From: a virus
Taxonomy: Duplodnaviria > Caudoviricetes
IMG/VR virus record: IMGVR_UViG_3300035703_000096
Span: 1-61,696 of that record
DNA: 61,696 nt
Reading direction: 5' to 3' (one strand)
This document shows, one piece after another, positions 8,029 to 15,606 of this stretch (its first letter is position 1; each line of letters starts with the position of its first letter). Under the pieces are notes generated by a model, which was not told the DNA's origin, made no database searches, and saw only the letters and a program-made list of their open reading frames with translations. Made by a program: the position numbers and the translations under genes.

Positions 8029-8343
8029 ATGGCTAAAATGAATTATGACGCGATCAACTTCAAGAACAAAGACGTTGACAAGTTTTCTACCAAGTTTGGT
8101 AATGGTGAACCTATGACTCAAGCTCAAAAAGATTCTACAATGCAAAGTAGAGGTTACACGCCTGCAGGTGACGGTACTTATCTTACTCCAAAAAGTAAAA
8201 AAGAGATATCTGCAAATAAGCAAGCCGCTCGTCAATCAGCTCCTTCTAAAGGTATTAAATCGGATACTTCTGCAGGAATGAAAGTAAGAAACGCTGCTGA
8301 AGAAGCTTTGAAACCAAAGCCAAACTTACCAAAGATTAAGTAA
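8029..8343 (+). CDS. Hypothetical basic protein
   Basis: Lys-rich ORF. Confidence 0.7.
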   Translation: MAKMNYDAINFKNKDVDKFSTKFGNGEPMTQAQKDSTMQSRGYTPAGDGTYLTPKSKKEISANKQAARQSAPSKGIKSDTSAGMKVRNAAEEALKPKPNLPKIK

Positions 8344-8355
8344 TATTTAAAAGCA

Positions 8356-8583
8356 ATGGCTAAAAAACAAATTAACACCGAAGAAGTTTCCGCAGAGGAA
8401 ATTCTACCTTTGAGCGTACAGGAGAAAATTACTCCTGAAGAGCAGGCACATGCTGAGGCTACAATGGAAGAGAATGTAAAGAGATGGAATGACGGTCTTG
8501 CTTCAAGAGGATACCGTTCACCCGGTAACTTACCAACTCCTTTGGTTGAAGAAACTCCTGTAGCTGAAGCAGATGGCGAATAA
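8356..8583 (+). CDS. Hypothetical acidic protein
   Basis: ORF in operon. Confidence 0.7.
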   Translation: MAKKQINTEEVSAEEILPLSVQEKITPEEQAHAEATMEENVKRWNDGLASRGYRSPGNLPTPLVEETPVAEADGE

Positions 8584-8863
8584 GCAAAACATGAAGTGTA
8601 ATAAGCCTGTTGCTTCTGACCGTCCCGGCAAGAAGAACATGGTTAAGGCATGCTCCGGTGGGGAAGAAAAGCTTCTCCACTTTGGAGCTAAAGGTTATGG
8701 CAACAACTACTCAGCTGCTGCCCGCAAAAGTTTCAAGGCAAGACACAGCTGTGACACTGCCAATGACAAATTAACGCCACGCTATTGGGCGTGCAAGTAT
8801 TTGTGGAAAGGTCCCGGTGGGGCAACCACATCCAATCCTTCAAATCGTAAGGGTAAGTATTAA
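8573..8863 (+). CDS. Small basic phage protein (HFG...RKSFKARHSC...RYWAC)
   Basis: Motif pattern common in aquatic phages; function unknown. Confidence 0.75.
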   Translation: MANKQNMKCNKPVASDRPGKKNMVKACSGGEEKLLHFGAKGYGNNYSAAARKSFKARHSCDTANDKLTPRYWACKYLWKGPGGATTSNPSNRKGKY

Positions 8864-9045
8864 TGGAAGAGAAAGTGTTTGAGCATATTTTAGATTATGG
8901 AGTCCTTGGTGCATTATGCATTGCAATGGGATTTATCCTCTACAAGTATTGGCAACAAGATAGAAAAGAAAAGCAAAGGTTAATTGAGAGATTGGAAGAG
9001 TGCAATGATAAGATAAAAGACTTTGCTGATAACGATAGAAATTAA
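8863..9045 (+). CDS. Small membrane protein (1 TM plus coiled coil)
   Basis: YGVLGALCIAMGFILY TM; BhlA-like architecture. Confidence 0.6.
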   Translation: MEEKVFEHILDYGVLGALCIAMGFILYKYWQQDRKEKQRLIERLEECNDKIKDFADNDRN

Positions 9046-9047
9046 TT

Positions 9048-9383
9048 ATGAAAGACGCCTGCTACAAAAAGGTAAAAGCACAGTATGATGTTTTTCCATC
9101 TGCAAGAGCTTCACAAGCTATTGCTAAATGCAGGAAGGCTTCGGGTAATGTCAAAAAATCTGAAGATGGCACATCTCTCAAGCGTTGGGAGAAAGAGAAA
9201 TGGGTAGATACCCGAACAGGTAAAGCCTGTGGCGCCGGTGGTAAGAATGAATACTGCAGGCCAAGTAAGCGAGTGTCTTCAAAGACACCGGTAACAAAAT
9301 CAGAAATGTCCCCATCCAAGTTAGCAGCTAAGAAAGCTGAGAAGTCAAGAGTAGGTATGGGTAATCGAATATCAAAAGTGTAG
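9048..9383 (+). CDS. Small basic protein (DUF5872-like)
   Basis: SLKRWEKEKWVD...CRPSKRVSSKTP. Confidence 0.7.
   Translation: MKDACYKKVKAQYDVFPSARASQAIAKCRKASGNVKKSEDGTSLKRWEKEKWVDTRTGKACGAGGKNEYCRPSKRVSSKTPVTKSEMSPSKLAAKKAEKSRVGMGNRISKV
9273..9288. repeat. GTGTCTTCAAAGACAC palindrome (intragenic)
   Basis: Exact copy. Confidence 0.95.
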
Positions 9384-9385
9384 TC

Positions 9386-9643
9386 ATGCAACAGAGATAT
9401 ACGGGAAGAAATCAATTGATTGATCGACTCGCATCTCAAGTTGGCAGTAGACAGATGGCTGTTGATATATTAATCAAGAGAGGTCATTTAGAAAAAGATG
9501 GGAATACTCTAACTCCTGCAGGAATGGTAAGAAATTCAATGACTGCAGAGGAGAGAGCTAAGGATCGTGCATCTAAAAAGACAGGCATACCTGCTGAGGA
9601 TTTTGATTACAATCCAAGAACAAATAGAGCTTTTAAAAAGTAA
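9386..9643 (+). CDS. Hypothetical protein
   Basis: 85-aa ORF in operon. Confidence 0.7.
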   Translation: MQQRYTGRNQLIDRLASQVGSRQMAVDILIKRGHLEKDGNTLTPAGMVRNSMTAEERAKDRASKKTGIPAEDFDYNPRTNRAFKK

Positions 9644-9667
9644 CCAAAAAATTTATATCTTTGCCCT

Positions 9668-9823
9668 ATGAGTAAGTTTAGTGAACTTAGCAATAAGATC
9701 CAAAAGAAACAAGGGATCAGCAAGAAATCTGCAGATGCAATCACCGCTACTATTGGCCGTGAGAAGTATGGCAAAAAGAAGTTTCAACAAATGGCAGTAG
9801 CCGGTAAAAATAAAAAGAAATGA
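9668..9823 (+). CDS. Small basic protein (51 aa, not in ORF track)
   Basis: MSKFSELSNKIQKK...; ATG 4 nt after TATCTTTG (9656-9663). Confidence 0.7.
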   Translation: MSKFSELSNKIQKKQGISKKSADAITATIGREKYGKKKFQQMAVAGKNKKK

Positions 9824-9984
9824 AATCAGAAAACGCAAAATTAGTTTCCTTGATCAGTAAGAACTCAGGAACAAAAAGCAGATTGCTAAACATCCCTCAA
9901 GCTAATATCAAGGGATATTCATGCGGATGTGGCTCAATGTTGAACATTGGTCCTAAGATGAACTCATTAATCAGCAAGCGATGA
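9820..9984 (+). CDS. Small hypothetical protein (54 aa)
   Basis: ATGA overlaps at both ends. Confidence 0.55.
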   Translation: MKSENAKLVSLISKNSGTKSRLLNIPQANIKGYSCGCGSMLNIGPKMNSLISKR

Positions 9985-10160
9985 GAATAACTTACCATCC
10001 TGAACTGAAAAGCAAAGGTCTTGGTGATACGATTGAAAAGATCACCACGGCAACGGGTATTAAAACAATCGTTAATAAAATCTCTGAAGCAACAGGGACT
10101 GATTGCGGTTGCGAAGCGAGAAAAAACAAACTGAACGAATTAGTTCCATATAACAAATAG
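9981..10160 (+). CDS. Small phage protein (GLGDTIEKIT...DCGC), 59 aa
   Basis: Motif pattern I recall from Bacteroidota phages; ATGA overlap. Confidence 0.7.
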   Translation: MRITYHPELKSKGLGDTIEKITTATGIKTIVNKISEATGTDCGCEARKNKLNELVPYNK

Positions 10161-10162
10161 TC

Positions 10163-10630
10163 ATGGGTGTATTCACAACAGTGTATTCAAGAGCTCTACA
10201 AATTGTTAAGAATAGCAATACTAATATTCCATTTCCTAATGTTGTGTTAGAAGGTACGTCAACCTTTTCTTCAGAGGATAGACTCATTGATAGTAATGCT
10301 TATTTTATAAAATCGGGAATACAAGTTGGAGATATTGTTTTCTCTCCTGATGCAGCATCATATGCTTATGTAGTTGGTATTCAAAATCAAAATACATTAT
10401 TGTTGTCTCATGATATAATGTCATCGGGATATAATTATAAAATATATCAAGGAGTTAATCAAGGTTGTTATATTTATCTCCCACCTTCTGATGCCGGAAG
10501 TTATATTGAAGTTGTAACATTAGGTGGAGATAATATTCAAATTTTTGATCCCGCTCCCGGTGTTATGCCTATTCAGGTCGTGGCTGTAACAGGAAATACA
10601 AATATTGGAAAGTTAGTAGCCCTTTGGTAA
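10163..10630 (+). CDS. Putative virion protein, paralog 1 of 3
   Basis: Shares SRAL..NIPFPN..GIQVGD..YQGVNQGCY..ALW with the next two genes. Confidence 0.8.
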   Translation: MGVFTTVYSRALQIVKNSNTNIPFPNVVLEGTSTFSSEDRLIDSNAYFIKSGIQVGDIVFSPDAASYAYVVGIQNQNTLLLSHDIMSSGYNYKIYQGVNQGCYIYLPPSDAGSYIEVVTLGGDNIQIFDPAPGVMPIQVVAVTGNTNIGKLVALW

Positions 10631-10646
10631 TAATAAAATTTAAGCA

Positions 10647-11111
10647 ATGCAACTTACATTCTCAAGAGCCCTTCGTATTTATCCTACAGACAATTGCAAT
10701 ATTCCATTTCCTAATAGAATATTTAGTAATTCTGCATATTCTGTTGGATCAAATTCAATATTTGATCCCGGGCTAAATTTCATTGAATTAGGAATACAGA
10801 TAGGTGATACTATTTTTAATGCTGATTACAATACGTATTCAATTATTACATCAGTAGAAGAAAACTATTTGTATTTTGCAGATAATATTTTTTTCGGATC
10901 CGGTGAAACATATGATATTTATCAAGGTGTAAATCAAGGTTGTTATGTAATACCAACCGCGGATAATTCCGGTGTGCTTAATCTTAGTGTAATAACAGTC
11001 GGTGGAGATAATGTGATGTTTTTCGGATTAACTCCCGGGATTCCATTACCTGTTAAAATATTAAGGGTAGATACTAATTCATCAGTTGGAGATATAATAG
11101 CTTTTTGGTAA
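10647..11111 (+). CDS. Putative virion protein, paralog 2 of 3
   Basis: As above. Confidence 0.8.
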   Translation: MQLTFSRALRIYPTDNCNIPFPNRIFSNSAYSVGSNSIFDPGLNFIELGIQIGDTIFNADYNTYSIITSVEENYLYFADNIFFGSGETYDIYQGVNQGCYVIPTADNSGVLNLSVITVGGDNVMFFGLTPGIPLPVKILRVDTNSSVGDIIAFW

Positions 11112-11127
11112 TAGTAAAATTTAAAAA

Positions 11128-11589
11128 ATGGAACTTACATTCTCAAGAGCTTTAAAAATATCTCCAAACGATCAATCTAATATACCATTTCCAAATGTTA
11201 TATTGAGTGATTTTGTATCGGGAACTACAGGAACTGCAATATATGATTCAAGTAAAAATTTCATTGAATTAGGAGTACAGGTTGGAGATACTATTATGCA
11301 ATCTGATTCCGGTGAGTATGCACAAATCACCATTGTTCAAGAGCAATATTTGTATTTTAATAATTATATTTTTGGTGGTACAGGAGAGCCGTATAAAATT
11401 TTTCAAGGTACAAATCAAGGTTGTTATATTATACCTTCTAATGACGGTAATAAACTTAATCTTGAAATTGTAACAGCAGCAGGTGATTTAGCATATTTTG
11501 AACAGGTAACTCCCGGTGTATTATTTCCTGTTAAACTTTTAAGAGTTACACCAAATTCAGGCGTTACAAATATAATAGCTCTTTGGTAA
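11128..11589 (+). CDS. Putative virion protein, paralog 3 of 3
   Basis: As above. Confidence 0.8.
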   Translation: MELTFSRALKISPNDQSNIPFPNVILSDFVSGTTGTAIYDSSKNFIELGVQVGDTIMQSDSGEYAQITIVQEQYLYFNNYIFGGTGEPYKIFQGTNQGCYIIPSNDGNKLNLEIVTAAGDLAYFEQVTPGVLFPVKLLRVTPNSGVTNIIALW

Positions 11590-11590
11590 G

Positions 11591-11782
11591 ATGAAACATT
11601 TAGAAAGCGTTCAAGATTCAGTAGCAGCAGCTGCAGCATCCACTTCAGTTGTTGGTGCAGTAGCTTCTAAAGCTACCGAGTTTCAACCCATAATATCAGC
11701 GCTGTCAGGATTGATAGCAATTGTTACAGGAGTATTTGCAATTTGGTACTATATCAAGAAAATAAACAAGATCGATGGCTAA
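11591..11782 (+). CDS. Small membrane protein (holin-like)
   Basis: C-terminal TM followed by basic residues; lysis context. Confidence 0.55.
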   Translation: MKHLESVQDSVAAAAASTSVVGAVASKATEFQPIISALSGLIAIVTGVFAIWYYIKKINKIDG

Positions 11783-11909
11783 GGTTCAGATAGCGAATAA
11801 GATTGAGAAATCAAAAGTCAAAAGAAGTGGTGTGCATGCTAAGACAAAGCATAGCAACTCTAAGACAAGTAAGAACTACTCTAAAAAATACAAGGGTCAA
11901 GGACGATGA
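11775..11909 (+). CDS. Small basic protein (44 aa, ...KKYKGQGR)
   Basis: Overlaps both neighbours; strongly Lys-rich. Confidence 0.6.
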   Translation: MAKVQIANKIEKSKVKRSGVHAKTKHSNSKTSKNYSKKYKGQGR

Positions 11910-12373
11910 TGACAACAGCTCAAATAATTAAAAAGTACGGGCAACCATCTGTTACCGGTGAAAAATATTTGGTCACCATAAACCTTCCATATCCAATGCG
12001 TCTTGCTTGGGATACTGACTCTCAAGTTACAAAGCTTAGATGCCACGCATTGGTAGCTGATAAATTCTCAGCCGTGTTTAAGGATATTCTTGAGCATTAT
12101 GGATACGAGAAGATTGTTGAGCTCGGGATTGATCTGTACGGTGGTTGCTTTAATTACCGCAAGATGAGGAACGGGAATGAATGGTCAAAGCACGCTTGGG
12201 CTATTGCTATTGACTTGGACCCGGCAAGAAATACTCTTAAAGAAACAAAACGCACTGCTCGGTTTGCAAAGCCTGAGTATAAGCCAATGATTGATATTTT
12301 CTACAAACACGGATTCATATCTTTGGGAGTAGAGAAGGATTATGATTGGATGCATTTTGAAATCAAAGAGTAA
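11906..12373 (+). CDS. Endolysin, peptidase M15 family
   Basis: GGCFNYR...[13 protein letters not shown]...DWMHFE zinc motifs. Confidence 0.88.
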   Translation: MMTTAQIIKKYGQPSVTGEKYLVTINLPYPMRLAWDTDSQVTKLRCHALVADKFSAVFKDILEHYGYEKIVELGIDLYGGCFNYRKMRNGNEWSKHAWAIAIDLDPARNTLKETKRTARFAKPEYKPMIDIFYKHGFISLGVEKDYDWMHFEIKE

Positions 12374-12846
12374 TGGATAAGAAACCACGTAAGAAATTCA
12401 GGGATACCAAAGTCGGACAGTTCCTGAAAGAAAAGTCACCAAAGATATTAGACGTTGTAGGAGATATCCTTCCTGACAGCGGGGCTCTTGGAATAGCTAA
12501 GAACCTAATCAATATGGCTGAAGATCTTACTCAAGAAGAGAAGGACAATCTTATTGTTGAGATCAACGAGATGATCGAATCAGCAAGGATTGAACTTGAA
12601 GATAGGAGTTCTGCACGCAATCGTGAGATTGAGATTGCCAAGCTTCATAATAAAGATTTCATGTTTATAGCCACCGGATTGGTTGGTTTGTTAGCGTTTG
12701 CTTTTATTGTTTATGCCATAGCTTTCTTGAATATTCCCGAGGCAAACAAAGAAGTTTGGATCCATTTGATAGGTATTACTGAGGGTGTTGTCCTTTCTAT
12801 TTTCGGATACTATTTTGGTAGCTCGATCAAAAGAAATAATCAATAA
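12373..12846 (+). CDS. Putative holin / membrane lysis protein
   Basis: Two C-terminal TMs ending YYFGSS; adjacent to endolysin. Confidence 0.65.
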   Translation: MDKKPRKKFRDTKVGQFLKEKSPKILDVVGDILPDSGALGIAKNLINMAEDLTQEEKDNLIVEINEMIESARIELEDRSSARNREIEIAKLHNKDFMFIATGLVGLLAFAFIVYAIAFLNIPEANKEVWIHLIGITEGVVLSIFGYYFGSSIKRNNQ

Positions 12847-12883
12847 GATTTTTCTGTTATCTTTGTCGAAATAATTTAATCAA

Positions 12884-13120
12884 ATGGAAGCTACAATTGT
12901 AACCCAAGAAGAGTTGAAGAAGATTCAACAAATGAGTTCTGAATTTAATCAAGCGAAGATTGCGCTTGGCGATATTGAATTGCAGAAGCAATCTATTTTA
13001 AAAAGCATTGACGCTATGCGATTAGAGTTTTCTTACAACGAGAAGAAGCTAATTGAGAAGTATGGAGAAGATGCTGTTATCAATATTCAAACAGGTCAAA
13101 TAACCAAAAAAGAAAACTAA
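12884..13120 (+). CDS. Hypothetical coiled-coil protein
   Basis: ORF after promoter TATCTTTG (12858). Confidence 0.75.
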   Translation: MEATIVTQEELKKIQQMSSEFNQAKIALGDIELQKQSILKSIDAMRLEFSYNEKKLIEKYGEDAVINIQTGQITKKEN

Positions 13121-13121
13121 A

Positions 13122-13463
13122 ATGACGCCGGGAAAATTTATCGGAATGCTATTCCAATCAAGAGACATGATGCATATTGCTCATCTCCAAACAACATCAT
13201 TTGCTGAGCACAAAGCATTGAACGGATATTATGATGGAATCCTTGAATTAACCGATACATTTAGCGAGGTTTATTTTGGCCGTAATAAGCGTGTCGAGAT
13301 TATCATCCCTGAGTCAAAGAACATGGAGTCAATTGCTCATCTTAAAGAGATGCAAAGCATGCTTGATGCTGAGCGTAACAACTATGCTTCTGAGCTTCAG
13401 AACATCATAGACGAGATGCTTAGTTTAGTAAACAAAACCCTTTATCTTTTAACCTTGTCATAA
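13122..13463 (+). CDS. Ferritin/Dps-like four-helix protein (DUF5856-like)
   Basis: HIAHLQTTSFAEHKAL..YY....D.F.E...G; LQNIIDE...KTLYLLTL. Confidence 0.75.
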   Translation: MTPGKFIGMLFQSRDMMHIAHLQTTSFAEHKALNGYYDGILELTDTFSEVYFGRNKRVEIIIPESKNMESIAHLKEMQSMLDAERNNYASELQNIIDEMLSLVNKTLYLLTLS

Positions 13464-14044
13464 TGGCTAAGATTAGTACATATCCTCAGGTAGCTCCTCC
13501 CGCTTTGTCTGACATGCTTATTGGGACAGACTCTCAAGATAATAGCGCTACAAAGAATTTCACAGTAGGTGATATATTAGGGCTTGTTGACTTCTCAACA
13601 CTTTATTGCCTTGGAAAATTTGGTAGTACGGATCTTCAAAGTACGGGTGCAGTATTAGATCCAACACCTGTTAATTTTCCAAACGAAATTATTATAGGTA
13701 AAGGAGTGGAGCGTGTTTCTCCTAATGCTGTATCCGTAGATGCTCCGGGTGTTTTTATGATCACTTTAACTGCAAGAGTTGTGCACGGATCCGGCGGTGG
13801 TGATGCTGTTGTTAATTTTTGGACGCAAAAAAACTCAGTTGATATCCCTCTTTCTCGTCAAACATTTACCATTCCTAATAGTCATACTCAGGGAATAGTA
13901 TACAATTTTTTAATAGAGATGAATGCTAATGATTTTATTAGCGTTTATTGGGATACAACTAATATAAATGCAACACTTTCAGGATCAACAGGAAATCCTA
14001 CTGCTCCATCAGTTCTTTTAAATGTCTACAAAGTTGGGGTGTAA
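13463..14044 (+). CDS. Putative structural protein (fibre-like N-terminus, C1q/beta-sandwich-like C-terminus)
   Basis: MAKISTYP..D.LIGTD..ATKNF N-terminus; beta-rich C-domain. Confidence 0.6.
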   Translation: MAKISTYPQVAPPALSDMLIGTDSQDNSATKNFTVGDILGLVDFSTLYCLGKFGSTDLQSTGAVLDPTPVNFPNEIIIGKGVERVSPNAVSVDAPGVFMITLTARVVHGSGGGDAVVNFWTQKNSVDIPLSRQTFTIPNSHTQGIVYNFLIEMNANDFISVYWDTTNINATLSGSTGNPTAPSVLLNVYKVGV

Positions 14045-14277
14045 TGAATGTAGATATTCGTAAAATATCAATCGGCCCTGATTACAAAGGTGGTGCAATG
14101 CATTACATCGTTGGTCAGAAAGTATTGGGTAATAATTTCGATATTTACTGCATTAAGAAAAATACCGGCACAAACTCGATAGAGATTTACGTTTGTAATC
14201 AGAAAAAAGAGGTAATGCTTTGGAAAGAGTTTAGTCACACGATACCAATTTCAATTGAATTTAATATAGATTTCTAA
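14044..14277 (+). CDS. Hypothetical protein
   Basis: IRKISIGPDYK..AMHY.VGQ ORF. Confidence 0.75.
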   Translation: MNVDIRKISIGPDYKGGAMHYIVGQKVLGNNFDIYCIKKNTGTNSIEIYVCNQKKEVMLWKEFSHTIPISIEFNIDF

Positions 14278-14837
14278 TGAAATCACCATTCTACTTTATA
14301 ACAAAACCATGTGGAAGTAGATATAACAATACAAAATCAATATCAGGTGTAGACATCATTGTCAATACATCTGAGGAGGACCATAAGTTCTCTAATCGAT
14401 TTGCTAAAGTTATTGAAACTCCACTCGGATATACCGGAGACATAAAGCCCGGTGACACACTTGTTGTTCATCACAATGTGTTCAAGTTTTACAATGACAT
14501 GAAGGGAAATAGAAAGAGCGGAAGAAGCTTCTTCAAAGAAGACATCTTCGTGGTTGAGAACGATCAGTTCTTCATGTATGGAAATGATACCGGATGGCAT
14601 GCTCATGACAGGTACTGTTTTGTAAAACCAATCCCTGTGATTGAATCTGAGATTAAGAAACCCTTATCAGAGGAGCCATTGACAGGAATCATGATGTACC
14701 CCAATGCTTATCTTAAGTCAAAAGGAATCAATGAAGGTGATGTTGTGATATTCTCACCTGAAAGTGAATATGAATTTACGATCGATGATCAAAAGCTTTA
14801 CAGAATATTTGATCATCAGATAACTGTTAAGCTATGA
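14277..14837 (+). CDS. Tandem GroES-like protein
   Basis: Two GroES-like units (IKPGDTLVV; FVKP...INEGDVVIF...YEF.ID..KLYRI). Confidence 0.55.
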   Translation: MKSPFYFITKPCGSRYNNTKSISGVDIIVNTSEEDHKFSNRFAKVIETPLGYTGDIKPGDTLVVHHNVFKFYNDMKGNRKSGRSFFKEDIFVVENDQFFMYGNDTGWHAHDRYCFVKPIPVIESEIKKPLSEEPLTGIMMYPNAYLKSKGINEGDVVIFSPESEYEFTIDDQKLYRIFDHQITVKL

Positions 14838-15307
14838 ACATACTGATACTTGATGACATATTGAAAGATCCTAAGGCTTATGTTGATCAAGCGCTCAGGT
14901 CTCCATTTATAGATTTTAAGGATGGGGATAAGTTATTCAAAAATATTCAACCAAGATCAAATGATGAGTTTGAGAAGGAAGTTTTAAAACTATTCCCAAA
15001 TCATTTTGTCAAGTTTAATTTCATTCGTAAGTCACCATACAATCAAATAGAACCTAACTTCATTCATCGCGATCATATGATGGGTGACTTGACGATTATC
15101 CTTTATCTAAATGAGGAGAAGCCTCTTGAGGATGGCACTACTCTTTATGATGAGCAGGGAATAACAGCATGTATTATCAGATCTAAGTTTAACCGTATGG
15201 TTGCGTTTGATTCATTCACACTACATTCAAGAAGTATCTATGAAAACTTTGGAGAGGGTGATGGATCAAGATTGATTCAAGTTATTTTTTTAGAAGAGAA
15301 CCCATGA
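14834..15307 (+). CDS. 2OG-Fe(II) oxygenase
   Basis: IHRD, ILYLN, DGT, FNRMVAFD...HS, RLIQVIF (HxD...H...R). Confidence 0.8.
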   Translation: MNILILDDILKDPKAYVDQALRSPFIDFKDGDKLFKNIQPRSNDEFEKEVLKLFPNHFVKFNFIRKSPYNQIEPNFIHRDHMMGDLTIILYLNEEKPLEDGTTLYDEQGITACIIRSKFNRMVAFDSFTLHSRSIYENFGEGDGSRLIQVIFLEENP

Positions 15308-15606
15308 AAAATGATGTAAAGAAAACAAAGCTCCGCATCATTGATGCCGGATACAAAGCTGTTCAGCATTTGATTGAAGTTGCTGAAGAAAAGATTGTTC
15401 AGAAGAATGTAGATAGCGAAGGTGACGTATCTGAGTTGGCTGCTGATAGATTGAAAAATGCAGCAGCTGCCAAAAGAATTGCTATCTTCGATGCATTCGA
15501 GATATTGAATAAAATAGAATTGGAGAGAGAGTCTCTCGAAATAGAAGACAATGGCCAAAGCAAAGTTGAATCTAAGCAAGGATTTGCAGAGCGCAGATCA
15601 AGGTAA
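15304..15606 (+). CDS. Putative terminase small subunit
   Basis: Helical 100-aa protein directly upstream of the large terminase; positional inference. Confidence 0.5.
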   Translation: MKNDVKKTKLRIIDAGYKAVQHLIEVAEEKIVQKNVDSEGDVSELAADRLKNAAAAKRIAIFDAFEILNKIELERESLEIEDNGQSKVESKQGFAERRSR

